A stretch of DNA of 64,000 nucleotides from Eledone cirrhosa. Taxonomy: Eukaryota. The stretch lies in assembly GCA_964016885.1 (NCBI GenBank), contig OZ024741.1, forward strand, positions 321,594,001 to 321,658,000, given 5' to 3'. The notes under the pieces were generated by a model. The model made no database searches. It was not told the DNA's origin and worked only from the letters and a program-made list of their open reading frames with translations. Positions 13,935 to 26,650 of this stretch are shown in pieces (position 1 is the stretch's first letter; each line of letters begins with the position of its first letter). The position numbers and the translations under genes were made by a program.

Positions 13935-14112
13935 ATATATATATATATATATATATCTTGCAGAACCTGTTTCATGCAAAGATATTCAAATGTATTGGTG
14001 TGTAAGGTTTAGTTACTGGCAGTTCACCAGTTTGGGCACTCAATGCTAATATTTGAGACTGGTTACCGATGTGGAAGTCTACGTTCGGTATCCTTAAGAA
14101 GCAGAGTGTTAA

Positions 14113-14290
14113 TAATTGTTTCTACTTTAGGCACAAGGCCAGCGATTACCCAGTGCATTACTGGTACTTTATTTTATCGACCCCGTAAGGATGAAAGGCA
14201 AAGTAAACCTCGGTGGGATTTGAACTCAGACCGTAAAGGGACGTAACTATGCTGGAAAGCATGGCATCAGACTCTCTACCGATACTGCCA
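14113..14290 (-). mobile_element. tRNA-derived SINE (same family as 27675-27850)
   Basis: Reverse complement of tggcagtatcggtag...gagttcaaatcc...gcctttcatccttacggggtcgataaaataaagtacc...ctaaagtagaaacaat. Confidence 0.85.
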
Positions 14291-14552
14291 AAGCAAGACT
14301 AAAGTATCATTTTAAAATCATTATGTTTAAAGTAGAAACAATTATGTTTATTAACGCGTGACGCGCGTTTCGTGATCGCTCAGCTCAAGGTACGATCGAT
14401 AATGATGAAGCCCGACTCTGAAATAGCTCATATGGGAGGGCGTCACAGGTTTTTTCTGCAAGCCAAACTCTTAGAAAACTTACAGTGAATTTAAAATTAT
14501 TAAACGATAAATTCATAACACCTTGTGTGATGGTAGTCGTTATAGCTATTAA

Positions 14553-15461
14553 TCTCTATATATAAAACTGAGGATGTCTGTCTGTGTGTGTGTGTGTTTG
14601 AATCCCTAAAACTCAAGAAGCACCCAACCGACTGTTTTCAAACTTTACACATGTAATACTTATGTTTCAGGGAGTTTTCTGAGCAAAAAAATTTCAAATT
14701 TTCAATGCCCTAGGGACTGCATTAGGCGATTTAGCGATCTCTCTCTATAATTCTTAGTCTTTCTCTTTTTAGATAGATACATACATATAACGTCGCGCCC
14801 TTATAATATCTGTCTGTATGTCTGGCTATCTGCATTACGTCACTTCCCTGAGGAAATCTGTCTGTGTGTGGTGTCTGTGAGATTGAATCCCTAAAACTCG
14901 AAAAGTACCCAACCGATTTTTTCAAACTTTACATGTGTATTACTTATGTTTCAGAGGGTGTTATGCACATAAAAAATTCAACTTTTTGATCTCTTAGGGC
15001 CCGCATTAAGTGAAAAACTGCGTTTTTTAAGCTTTTTAGGGTTTTTTTGAGGCGTTACTTTCAGACCAATTTCCTTGAAATTGTAACTATGTATTAATCA
15101 GTCTCTTCTTCATACCGTGAGCAAAGAAAATCCAACTTTTTTATGGCCTAGGGCCCGCATTAGGTGAAAAACTTCATTTTTTCAGCTTTTTAGGGCTTTT
15201 TGGAGGCGTTACGTCTAGCCGATTTTCCCGAAATTTCAAGGCATATTATGCACATAAAAAAAATTATTTTATGATCCCCTAGGTGAAAACTTACGTTTTT
15301 CCTGCTTCATCGAGGAAAATCTTAAAGATTATCCTGCCATCAGAGTATTCAGTTTATTTTCTTTACATATTGTCCAGGCATGCAGTTTTTCCACGATTAG
15401 GCCTGTTGGGAGCCCGCGTTCCAAAAACCTTATCCCGTGCAACGCCGGGTACCACTGCTAG
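14553..15461 (+). mobile_element. Non-autonomous Helitron with internal subrepeats
   Basis: 5' A|TCTCTATATATAAAA followed by a (TGTC)/(TG) tract; 3' hairpin cccgtgcaacgccggg then CTAG|T; no TSD; 14577-14730 is repeated at ~14858-15010. Confidence 0.8.
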
Positions 15462-15571
15462 TATGATATAAAGGACACAGCCAGACTACAATAATAGGTT
15501 TTTCTTGGTCCTAACCAACGTTCTAAGATAAAAAAAAGAAAAGTCAAATCTTGCAACTCGAAATTAATATA

Positions 15572-16026
15572 TCGTATATATTCGAGTAATAGTCGACTTC
15601 ATGTAAAAGTCGATCCCTATTTTTGGGCCAAAAAACCTGGAATTTTCCATAGATCTTCTATTTTACGGATACCAGGTCAACATTTGTGAGTCACGGTATC
15701 ACCCTGTACATCAGACCTGCCAAGCTCTAAAAACCAAAAATGAAATAAATTGCCCCAAAACGGGGAGAAATGAAGGAAAATGGGGAGATATTTATAAAAA
15801 CTACGCGGCCTTGTTTATGGATTTTGTTATTTACTAGGACGTATGTTTTGATGCACAGAATCGGCAATATTACTGTAATTCAAGATGATTTTTGCCTTTA
15901 TTCGTTTAGAGAATTCTAGCTAGAATTTCAAGCCCCTCAAAAGTAGTATCCATGTAAAAGTCGACCCCATAAATTTAACCATAAAAAATTGTCTAAAAAA
16001 TTCGACTTTTACACGAGTATAAACGG
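15572..16026. mobile_element. Tc1/mariner-type MITE
   Basis: Imperfect TIRs ta|tcgtatatattcgagt ... acacgagtataaacgg|ta, with subterminal aaagtcgac repeats. Confidence 0.65.
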
Positions 16027-16276
16027 TATATATTACTCTGCGTTCGTTTGTAATTTCTGAACTTCTAGGTTTTCTAATAGACCAGAACAGACATTCAATC
16101 AAAGAAACAAATATACGATCCGAGAATGAAGGGAGCATGTATTTTAGTTGCTGGATACATTTGATATGGGAAATTGTGTTAGCAGCGTACAATAAATTAA
16201 TTGAATAACAAATACTATTCTTATAACTACAGAAAAAACATCAGAAGAAAGACGGGGAGGGGGAACACACACATGG

Positions 16277-16342
<66 letters not shown>

Positions 16343-16557
16343 CATACACACACAGAGAGATGCTCAAGTGAGGAAAATCAATGACGACCTCCGCGGGATT
16401 TGAACCATGAATGCAGAAAATGTTTCAGTCTCAATGGGCCGCTTTCGAGAAATAATAATTGATATTTTTTTTTTTACATAGAAGACGATTGATTATTACT
16501 GCAGCCGTCACATATGTAAATTTTGCCTTGTAGAAAATGGACGGGTTCATAACACTG

Positions 16558-16565
16558 TATAAATA
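16558..16565 (+). promoter_or_regulatory. TATA box of beta-tubulin copy 1 (same motif at ~26583 and ~37453)
   Basis: TATAAATA 68 bp upstream of the ATG, inside a ~140-bp upstream block conserved in all three copies. Confidence 0.6.
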
Positions 16566-16625
16566 CCAGGTTTCAGTCTGAGATGTTAAACATTTGTTGT
16601 TGACCGTTTTACAGCAAAGTTAGTG

Positions 16626-18712
16626 ATGAGAGAAATAGTTCATTTACAAACTGGGCAGTGTGGTAACCAGATTGGATCTAAATTCTGGGAAGTTATTTCT
16701 GATGAACACGGTATTGATAATAATGGAATTTATCATGGTGAGAACGACTTACAATTTGAGAGACTCAATGTCTACTACGACGAAGCTACAGGCGGTAAAT
16801 ATGTACCCCGCGCTGTTCTTGTAGACCTGGAACCGGGTACAATGGATTGTATTCGTTCAGGACCATTCGGTCAACTATTCCGTCCAGATAATTTCGTGTT
16901 TGGTCAAAGTGGAGCTGGAAACAACTGGGCGAAAGGCCATTACACAGAAGGGGCTGAATTGGTCGAAATTGTTCTGGATGTAGTTCGCAAGGAAGCAGAA
17001 AACTGTGACTGCCTTCAAGGTTTCCAATTGACTCACTCACTTGGCGGTGGTACTGGATCTGGTATGGGGACGTTACTATTGAGCAAAATCCGGGAAGAAT
17101 ATCCTGATAGAATGATCAATACATTCTCTGTTGTTCCTTCACCCAAAGTAAGTAATTTTCATCGTCTCTCCTCTCTTTAGTTCTTTCAATAGTGCTTAGT
17201 ATTCTTGTAGCTGAACCAAATTAACTTATTTGACCGATATCTTAACCTTCAATATATTTTTTTCTGTCATAGAATATTTATTTTCCTGTCAGGCCAAAAA
17301 GCTTTACGTCAATTAGAATATATTGACCTCAGTACCTGACTTGTTTTCTTTCATGTTCGGCGTATTTGACATCCGTGTCTACAGGAATGCCGTAAAACAT
17401 TTTGTGTGATGTTCTTGATTCTGCCATCAACCGTCTCAACGTTTAAAATTATTTTAATTTTAAAATAACACTTGTACTTGAAGCGAATTTCCACGAAATA
17501 TATATTACCCTTACGTCGTAGCTATTAAGACTGTCTGATGTTGCCGTGTCAACATATCCAAATTGTATATTATGCGACACTGACATCGGTAAGAATTTCT
17601 AATTTCAAGCTTATTTTATTACGAATTTCTAACATTATAAATTCCTGTTGGACAGACCTGTTTCACTCTTCCCCCGTCAGATGAGATCTCCCATTCACGT
17701 TAGGTTGGGTGAGAGATGTCTTTTCTTGTGAAAATGGGTATAGCTTTTGCCTCATTTCTCCCCGTTTGGGTTTTTAGAGGTTGGCAGATCTGGTTAGGAC
17801 ACCTGTAAAGTGAATTGACATTTAATTTAATATAAAATTTCTTGCTTTAATATACATCATTTTATTTAAGATTATTTTTTTTTGTTTTTCGTCTCGCAGG
17901 TGTCTGATACTGTGGTGGAACCGTATAATGCGACATTGTCAATACACCAACTGGTGGAAAATACAGATGAAACTTTCTTTATAGACAATGAGGCGTTGTA
18001 CGACATCTGTTTCCGTACTTTGAAACTTACTACCCCTACCTATGGGGACTTGAATCATTTAGTTTCGGCTACAATGGCTGGTGTTACGACATGTCTGAGG
18101 TTTCCCGGTCAATTAAATGCCGATCTGCGTAAACTTGCCGTCAATATGGTACCATTTCCTAGGCTGCATTTCTTTATACCTGGCTTCGCCCCGCTAACAG
18201 CTCGAGGTAGCCAGCAATACAGAGCTTTGTCTGTAGCAGAACTTACACAGCAGATGTTTGATTCTAAGAATATGATGACTGCCTGTGATCCAAAACGCGG
18301 CCGCTACCTGACTGTTGCCACTATATTCCGAGGCCAAATGTCTATGAAGGAGGTTGATGATCAAATCAAAAATATACAGGATAAGAATAGTAGCTACTTT
18401 GTTGAGTGGATTCCAAATAATATAAAAACAGCCGTTTGTGATATTGCTCCGCGTGGATTTAAAATGTCTGGTGTATTTATAGGTAACAGTACGGCTATCC
18501 AGGAGTTATTTATACGCATTGCTGATCAGTTCACGGCTATGTTTAAGCGTAAAGCTTTCTTACACTGGTACACTGGAGAGGGTATGGATGAGATGGAATT
18601 CACAGAAGCTGAGTCCAACGTGCATGATTTAATCAGTGAGTATCAGCAATACCAGGAAGCTACTGTTGAACAGGAAGGGGATTTTGATGATGGTGATGAT
18701 GAAAACTTATAA
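16626..18712 (+). CDS. TUBB: Beta-tubulin copy 1, 444 aa; exons 16626-17147 and 17900-18712
   Basis: MREIV start, GGGTGSG signature, GT-AG phase-0 intron after K174 (aaa|gtaagt ... tcgcag|gtg); tail [18 protein letters not shown]. Confidence 0.97.
17652..17792. mobile_element. Small hAT-like MITE in the tubulin intron; related copies at ~15712, 27869, 29976, 38547 and 40737
   Basis: Ends cagacctg / gttggcagatctg; shared internal ccccgtttgggtttttagaggttgg. Confidence 0.55.
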
Positions 18713-19631
18713 AATAACATTCAAATTTTCTATTAAATTGTTTCAGGAATTCTAAGATGTATTAAACATATTTTTCTGTGTGTTTTTTGCACGGAGTGTT
18801 CCAGTCGTGCTGTTATTTCTTTTCCTGTCTGAATAATTTATCTATTAAAAAGGTGGAATATTGAGTAAAACTCAATTATTCCCTGTTACGGAAATTCAAA
18901 AAGTTGTCTTTCACTAAACTCTGCCATAGTATAATTAAATATTGAGTTGTTTCATTTTCTTTTTTCTTCCTTTTCTGGTTCCTTTAGTAGTGTGTTCTGA
19001 TATGTCAATGGACATTGCGAGATGTATTTTGGAAAAAAAAGTTTGAACGTCTCACTGGGGTAAGGGGGTGAAGCTTTAAGCTACGCTTATAAAATTTATC
19101 AAATAGAATAAAATATTTGTAAGTTCATAGGTTTGTTTTTGTTTTGTTTTTTTTTTTGTTTTGTTTTTTTTTATTTATTTATTTTTGTGTTTTGTTATAT
19201 ATATATATATATATATTTCAATTAATTAAAGGTTCGTGTTTAGTTGTTTAAAGACGTAATATTTTTTTAGTTGTTCACGTAGTGGCAAGAAAAAAATGTA
19301 GAGCCATAATTTTTTTTAATTTTTTTTATTTTTTATTTTTTTAAAATTATATATATATATATATATATATTGTAACATCTTAATATTGGGAACCTTAATA
19401 GTTTAACTGGAAAATTTACGAGTATTTAGAATTGTATGGACATTGTCATTTAAGAGTTTTCTAGTACCAGTTATTGTGAGGAAATTAGAAACATTTGTGT
19501 AGACAATTCGTTACCCTTGAATTTATATGTATGAATATTATACATATATGCATATACACACGCATACATATATGCATGCGTATCTGACCCATACTAGAAT
19601 AGAAAAATGGAGGGTAAACGATGATGATGGT

Positions 19632-19668
<37 letters not shown>

Positions 19669-20087
19669 GAATATAAAAGGTAAACAGAAATAACACAATC
19701 GGTACAGTAATATGGAAGGGATATATTACGTTAACGCTTGATATAGCAGGAAGAGGGTCGTAACATTTCGGACGTCATCAACAACAGCATCATTGTTTAA
19801 TGTTTGCATTTCCTGCTAGCAAGGTTTGAACGGGTCTACATAAATCATGTCAGTATTGAAGTGGGGCTACTGATCTTCCAGACAGGCCAAGGATCTGCAT
19901 CTTGCTTACATATGATCTCGCAAGTTTGAAGTTATGGCAAGTGTGGTGTGATTTCACAGGGTGAGGAGAGGGTAAGGGAATATGATGAGAACACTGAAGT
20001 AATGTGGAAAGGAGGGCGTGGATTGTTTGGTCATTAGCTCTTGGATGGGTGTGGCATTCACCAGTACCAGGATGGAGAGAATAGATA

Positions 20088-23000
20088 TATTTCTTTATTT
20101 GCCATAGGGGAGAAAACAGACACATGCCGGGGGTTTTACATACAATCGGATAAATACATTGAAACAAACAAATTAAACAATCGAAATCCCCAATAGTGGG
20201 GAGGCGCCTCAAATGGGTTGTTTAATACGCCGCGATAGAACAACCCTCAACTTTGAAACTTACTACCTTACCTATAGGGACTTGAATCATTTAGTTTCGG
20301 CTACAATGGCTGGTGTTGCGATATGTCTGAGGTTTCCCGGTCAATTAAATGCCGATCTTCGTAAACTTGCCGTCAATATGATACCATTTCCTAGGCTGCA
20401 TTTCTTCATACCTGGCTTCGCCCCGCTAACAGCTCGAGGTAGCCAGCAATACAGAGCAAGTGCTCCCTTCTTCTTTTTGCTCTCTTAGAGAAGGCCCAAT
20501 CACTCGGGGCATTTTTGTCACATACACCCACCTTTCAGCAAATTTACTGGGGTGCAGTGCCTTTCTCTCCATTCTCATTCTCCTTCTAAAGTGGTACCTG
20601 AAGAAGGGAATGAGTTGTTGTCCGGAGATAAAGGCATCTGTCCTCAGTCCTCTCAATCTCTTTCACCATAGCCACTCTGCAGAGGAAAACCACCTCTCTT
20701 TCGTTTTTGAAAGAGGTTGGCGGTTTGATGTTTACTATGGACTCGGCAGTCGACTGGATTTGTCCCATACGCGACAGCAGTTGTTCTGCGTAGTTCCACA
20801 GTTCGGTTACGCCCGGGCAGTGTACAATTGCGTGCAAGACGGTTTCAATGTACTGCTCGCATCTTGGACACGTCCTCTTGGAAGGATTCCTGCCGGAGCG
20901 TCCGTGCCTGTAGATCTTGCCTCGAACTGGTAGAGCTCCTCTGGAAGTTGTCCATAGGTCCCGGGCGGAAAGTCCTACCAAACAGACTGGTGAGTTCGTC
21001 GTCTTCGACGCCCAGAGTCTCTCCGAGCACGTCGTCGCCCTTGTGACGTACTAATCCTCTATAGAATGTCGAAGTGGAGTCTCTACTGATTGCTGTGTCC
21101 GCTTGACAGAGGACTGTGAGCGCCTGAGCGCATTTAATGTGCCAGGTGCCGACCTTCTTCGGTCTCCGCTTGACCCAGGACTGCAGCTCCGTCAGTGAGA
21201 CAAGTTGCGAAAAGGCCTGTCTCACAAATGGTGCCCCCACCGGTTGGTCGGTGAGGAATACCTGTAGATGCCGTAGCCTCAGCGCATGTTTGCGCATCAT
21301 CAGCCACGGTATTCCCAGCCCTCTGTTGGAAGGGTGCTGACAGCAGATAGATCTCATCAGTGGAGCCTGCTTCTTCCAAAGGAACTGAAAGAGCATGCGT
21401 TCCATCTTGGTGAGGTGTTCACGGGGACAAGGCACGACTGTCAAGCAGTAGTAGATGACGGACGCTATGAAAATGTTCGCCACCTCCGCTCGATTTCTAG
21501 GATAGTTTGCACTCTGCCCACTTCTGGGTGAGCGCAAATACCTTGGCTGTGACCTAGTTCCAGTTTTTCTCCACCTGGTGGTCCGGACCGAACCAGTCCA
21601 CGAGCAATTTCACCGGTCCCTCCGTCCGACGACGCTGTCGGACGGCATCGGTTTGCCTCTCCACGTTCCGAGTTTCAAACCGACAGACTTGTCCGGGTTC
21701 AGTTTTGCTCCTATGAGCCTTTCGTATTCTTGCAGTAAGTTGCCGATCGCCCCGCTTTCCGTGGTTTCCGACACCATTACTGTCACGCCGCTTTCCGCAG
21801 TCCCGGTTCTAACGAGATGCTCTGCAGCAGCTCCAGCTTCCGCGGTAGTAGCTCTAGAGTCAGTACGTACAGAATGGAAGAGAGAGGACATCCATGTGGG
21901 ATGGAACGCCTGATTACGAACGGCTCCGATAGGTAGCCGTTCACCTTGACCATCGAGCAGATGTTGGTGTGCATTGCGGTGATCCAGCCTCTGAAGACGG
22001 GTCCGAAACGGGCTGCCTTGAGAACCGCTTCCAAGTATTGATGTTCGACCCTATCGAACGCCTTAGACTGATCTAAATTGATCAGAGCCCCACCGAAGCC
22101 GGGTTTACACCCCATCCTCTCTATGATGTATCGCATGAGTTGGAGGTTGTCGTGTATGGACCTGGTCGGGATTGCACACGTTTGTGCTTTCCCGACCAAG
22201 TTCTCGACGACAAGCGCCAACACCTTGGCCAAAATCTTTAACTCTGTGTTGAGCAGAGTTATGGGCCTAAAGTTGTTTATTTCGTCCTCCTTGTTCCCGT
22301 CTTTCCTGATCAGCGTTACTAGACCCTTGCCTGCAGAACTGGGAATTATCCCGTTCTGCTGCCAGTTGCAGTTGACGGCTTCGAGGACGCCAGTGAACAA
22401 GTCCGGCATGCCTATGTAAAACTCATAGGGTAGACCATCTAGACCGGGTGATTTGCGTTTCCCGCAACGGCCCAGAGCATCCCGTATCTCAGTGGCCGTG
22501 ATCGGTCTTTCGTAAAACTCGGCATCCATGCTTGAGAGACACGGCAGGCCGCCGAGGTATGAACCGAGGTCCATTGCCCTGTTCGATGCACCGCCACTCT
22601 GCTCGAACAGTTGCGCAAGGTGCCGCTGAAAGGACGCGCACATCCGCTTGGGGTCAAGTAGCACGCGTCCATTTTGGTCTTTCAAAGACCGAATCGTAAA
22701 CTTGTTGCCACTTTTCACCTCTGCCACTCGGGTCCAGCTAACAGCTTTTGCTCCCTCGTTTCCTAGAGCACGTGATTTACTTCTGACCACGCAGCCTTCG
22801 TGTTTCGCGTCGAAGAACTGGTCCAGTGCCGTTCTAGTTGCTAGCACTCTTGCTGCGTTGCCACTCCTAAGCGCCTCCTCTACCTTGGCTACTAGTTCTG
22901 TTTCTGTTTTGTTTTTCTCTAAGGCTAATTCTCTGCTAAAGTCTCTCGACTCTACTCTAATTGCTCTCTTGAGAGAGTACCACCATCTGTTGTTGACGAT

Positions 23001-24680
23001 GGCTCCCATCAACTGTTGCTTAACTAATCTACTTATCCGTTCACTGTAGGCTTTACGTGTAGGTAACGACACGTTCAGCTTTCAGTATCCGAGTCCTTTG
23101 TCTATTTATTCTATCACGGTTGACTATGCAGATGACTAGTTTGTGGTCTGAATAGGCAACCATGTGCATTTGTGGACAGCTTAACATCTTCTTGTCTTTC
23201 TCTCTCTAATAAAGAACCTGTCTAAATACGATCTAGATGTCCCGCTACGGTTTGTCCACGTCCACTGTGGTGTAGTCGGGAAATCTAGTCGATATCTATC
23301 GGCTAGTTGGAATTGGCCGATTAAAGTTTTGAGGTTGTTGCACCCCCCACCCACCCCTCTACTGGGACATGATCCTACATAGTCCCATCGTACGTCTAGG
23401 ATACCATTCCAGTTCCCCACTAAAAGCAAGGAGCGAGATGTTCCCAGAAAAGACTCTAGACGTTTAAAGAAGTCTGGCCGCGATTGCTCAGTCGGGGCAT
23501 AAACGGCCACCAGTCTGAAGGCTCCACCTCCAAGATTGTTCACGTCTAGGACTACCAGTCTATCCTCCGGGTCCAAGTGTACTTGCTGTTTTCGAGGTCC
23601 ATGTTTTTCCGAAACATGACAGCCACACCGCCTCCACCTCCTGGCTGACAAAGAGATGCGTAGATCTTAAAGTCATTGAAGATCGGGTTAGTTTCTGCCT
23701 ATTGAGGATCCTGGACTCGGTGATGGCTATCACATCCATACTGTGTGGCCTAAGGTCGTTTAAATGTTTGCCCTGTTTCCAGGGCAGCCCTAGGCCATGC
23801 ACATTCACACTTTCAACTCGTAAATTCGCCATGTTGGTGGAGAAGAGTTGGCGAAAAAGGACGAAAAGATGCACTTACCTTTTCGTTTCCTGGAGATCGG
23901 GTTGTTCAATCTCCATTTGGGTGCTGGTGGGGGTGTTGAGTGGGGTGGGGAAACATATTAATAGGACGCGGTTAATGGGATTTTGACAGGGGTTGCCAAC
24001 GTCCTGTGAAAATTGTTCTTTTAATTTCTGATAGGTTTCTATCGAAACCCTTATCAGTTTTAGGTGTGGTTGAGAGTCTGCCTTGACAAAAGTTTGCCCC
24101 GCAGTTTCTACCTTGGGGTCTTGGGAGATGACCTCCATTAGGTTTTTGTTGTTTGTGTTAATGAATGTGTATTGTTTTTTTTTGTTTTGGTTTGTTGTTC
24201 ATTTTGTAGTTTTCTTTTTATGGTGGGCATTTGTGTTTGGGTTGGTGTTGGTGTTTGTTTTGCTGGTAAGGGGGGGGGGTTGTGGTGGTGTTTGTTTTGT
24301 TGTTTGTGTTGGTGGTTGTGTGTTCGTGTTGGTTATTGGTGTTTTTGTGGCTTTGCGGTGTCTCTTATTTTTTTTTTTCCCGAGGCTCTCCTTCATCTTC
24401 ACTTGGGGATGGAGAAGTAGCCTCGTCTGACAATGAATCGTCATCAGGGGCGTGTGGGAGGGGTATGTTGTGTGGTGAGGGTGTGTTTGTGTGTGTGATT
24501 GTGGTAGTGTTGGATGGAGTGAGATGGGGTGGGACTGTGTTTTTCAGGGAAATTGATTTTGTTTTTTCTGTTGTTGGTTGTTGAGCAGTTGTTTGTTTTT
24601 GTGTGTTTGCTTGTTTTGTGTGATGTTGTTGTGGTGGTTTTGGTGTTGGTGTTGGTAAAAGTACTTTATGGGGGCGGTTG
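20088..24680 (-). mobile_element. Decayed Tx1/L1-clade LINE (ORF1 remnant, APE endonuclease, RT, C-terminal CCHC)
   Basis: MANLRVESVNVHGL, YAPT, SYLDRF, KSPGLDGLPYEFY, NFRPITLLN, LDQSKAFDRV, CPRC..ETVLHAIVHC. Boundaries were set from the empty-site copy at ~62810, with gata duplicated. Confidence 0.9.
20250..20457 (+). pseudogene. 208-bp beta-tubulin exon-2 fragment inserted near the 3' end of the Tx1 element
   Basis: actttgaaacttactac...cagcaatacagagc matches tubulin codons ~214-283; absent from the sister LINE at ~31835-31850. Confidence 0.95.
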
Positions 24681-24727
24681 GATAACAAGGCTCTCATATG
24701 TTTTGAGCTGTTTTAGTGCTACTGCCA

Positions 24728-24787
<60 letters not shown>

Positions 24788-24954
24788 TTCAATGTGATCT
24801 ATCCTTCGTGGTAGGGTCCGTTATGTAGATAGAACTCAATGTAATCCGATAGGGAATAATCCAGTGAAATCCATAGAAAGGTCCTGTGTTCGACTGAGTT
24901 AATTCCTTAGATACAGAGTTTGATATTAGATATTAATTTAACAATAATAACAAC

Positions 24955-25190
24955 GGCAAGTTATTTTACCTATTCATATCATTGTTTTACGATCGTTTCG
25001 GAGGGTTGATCATATTGACATATTGACCGTTCTATAGCAGTTATATAACTGTATACTATCAGGCATCATATATAGGTTCGATCAGATAGTCTTTGTTTCC
25101 GAAGAAGTCGGTCTGATCAGTCAATATGTCAACATGACCAACCCTCCGAAACGATCGTAAAACAATGATATGAATAGGTAAAATAACTTG
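24955..25190. repeat. Fold-back element with a hammerhead-like motif; second copy at 35162-35408
   Basis: Arms caagttattttacctattcatatc...gacatattgac and their reverse complement. Motif 25093-25165: ttgttt CCGAAGA..GAAA cgatcg TA aaacaa. Confidence 0.85.
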
Positions 25191-25627
25191 ACTTGGTTAT
25201 TATTTTCATTGTTAGATTAATATTACATATATATATAAATGATGGCTACCCCCTCGTTATTGAGTATGGTCATTGCACGATATAACATTATTAATACTTA
25301 TAAATTAATGCAATCGTGCAATTCCTGTGCGTGAAGATTTTTTTTTCAAGTCAGGAAAGACTGTGCACTGAGCCAATCCCATTCTCTGAGCGACAGTGGC
25401 TATAACTAGTAAAGAAGAAAAGATCAACATCATCGGTAACTACTGAGCCGCAGGTTTTATGTCGGAGTTATCCTAGTTTCCTGAGTTGCCTTCTCCTAGA
25501 AGAATGCCCTGACGAAGGCTAGGTGTCCTTCACCCCCAGTGGTTTAACAACGCGATTCTTTCTATGTCGCCGCGCATATACATACACATGCATACGTGTA
25601 TGTACATATATATATACACATGCATAC

Positions 25628-25737
<110 letters not shown>

Positions 25738-25781
25738 AAGTTAAATAAAAGTCAAATGATTAAAATTTAGCTTCGTTTATT

Positions 25782-25836
25782 ACTGCTATATATATTTCAG
25801 TGACAGCCATCTTTGGCTGTGACCTCTTCAGGCAGT
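25782..25836 (-). ncRNA. Minimal type-I hammerhead ribozyme
   Basis: actgc CTGAAGA ggtcacagccaaagatggctgtcact GAAA tatata TA gcagt: stem I actgc/gcagt, stable stem II, palindromic stem III. Confidence 0.85.
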
Positions 25837-25964
25837 TTGAATTAGTATGGTATAGACAAGTACATATGTTGTTTAGGTGTATGATATTGTCAATACTCTG
25901 ATATGCCCAGTTCCTTGTTGGGTTGTTAATTCACTGGAGTCATATGACTCCAGTTCCCCAGTAT

Positions 25965-25995
<31 letters not shown>

Positions 25996-26330
25996 GAAAT
26001 GCTCAAGTGAGGACAATCAATGTTGAACTCGGTGGGATTTGAACCATGAATGCAGAAAATGTTTGAATCTCAATCGTCCGCTTTCGAGAAATAATAATTA
26101 ATATATATATATAAAAAAGGATCGATCGACTTTCGTCAAATCGGACTGAGGAAACAATGTTTTCGTTGGTCTTTCCAGTTGCTAATATTATCTATCGGTC
26201 GCAACTCCAGGTAGAAGGAGCAACGTGAAATAAAGTGTCTTGCTTAAGGACATAACGCATCACCCGGTCCAGGAATCGCACTCACAGCCTCAAGATTGTG
26301 AATCTAATTCTCTAACCACTCAGGCATGCG

Positions 26331-26500
<170 letters not shown>

Positions 26501-26650
26501 ACAAAGATGTCCATTGATTATTACTGCAGCCGTCACATATGTAAATTTTGCCTTGTAGAAAAAGGACGGGTTCATAACACTGTATAAATACCAGGTTTCA
26601 GTCTGAGATGTTAAACATTTGTTGTTGACCGTTTTACAGCAAAGTTAGTG

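Noticed and set aside
14990-15300. Regularly spaced repeats resembling an array
   Set aside because: Degenerate Helitron subrepeats without unique spacers; eukaryotic context with no cas genes, so not CRISPR.
16623-18712. ORF-track tubulin halves read as separate or truncated proteins
   Set aside because: They are two exons joined by a canonical intron; the GTG/TTG starts and run-on ends are artefacts.
19750-19785. Partial hammerhead-like strings (also ~2888, 4368, 8010, 25508, 29805, 40570)
   Set aside because: Core nucleotides or stem I are missing; probably decayed PLE ends or chance matches.
24083-24828. Hydrophobic V/F/L-rich ORFs
   Set aside because: Antisense reading of the low-complexity Tx1 ORF1 remnant.
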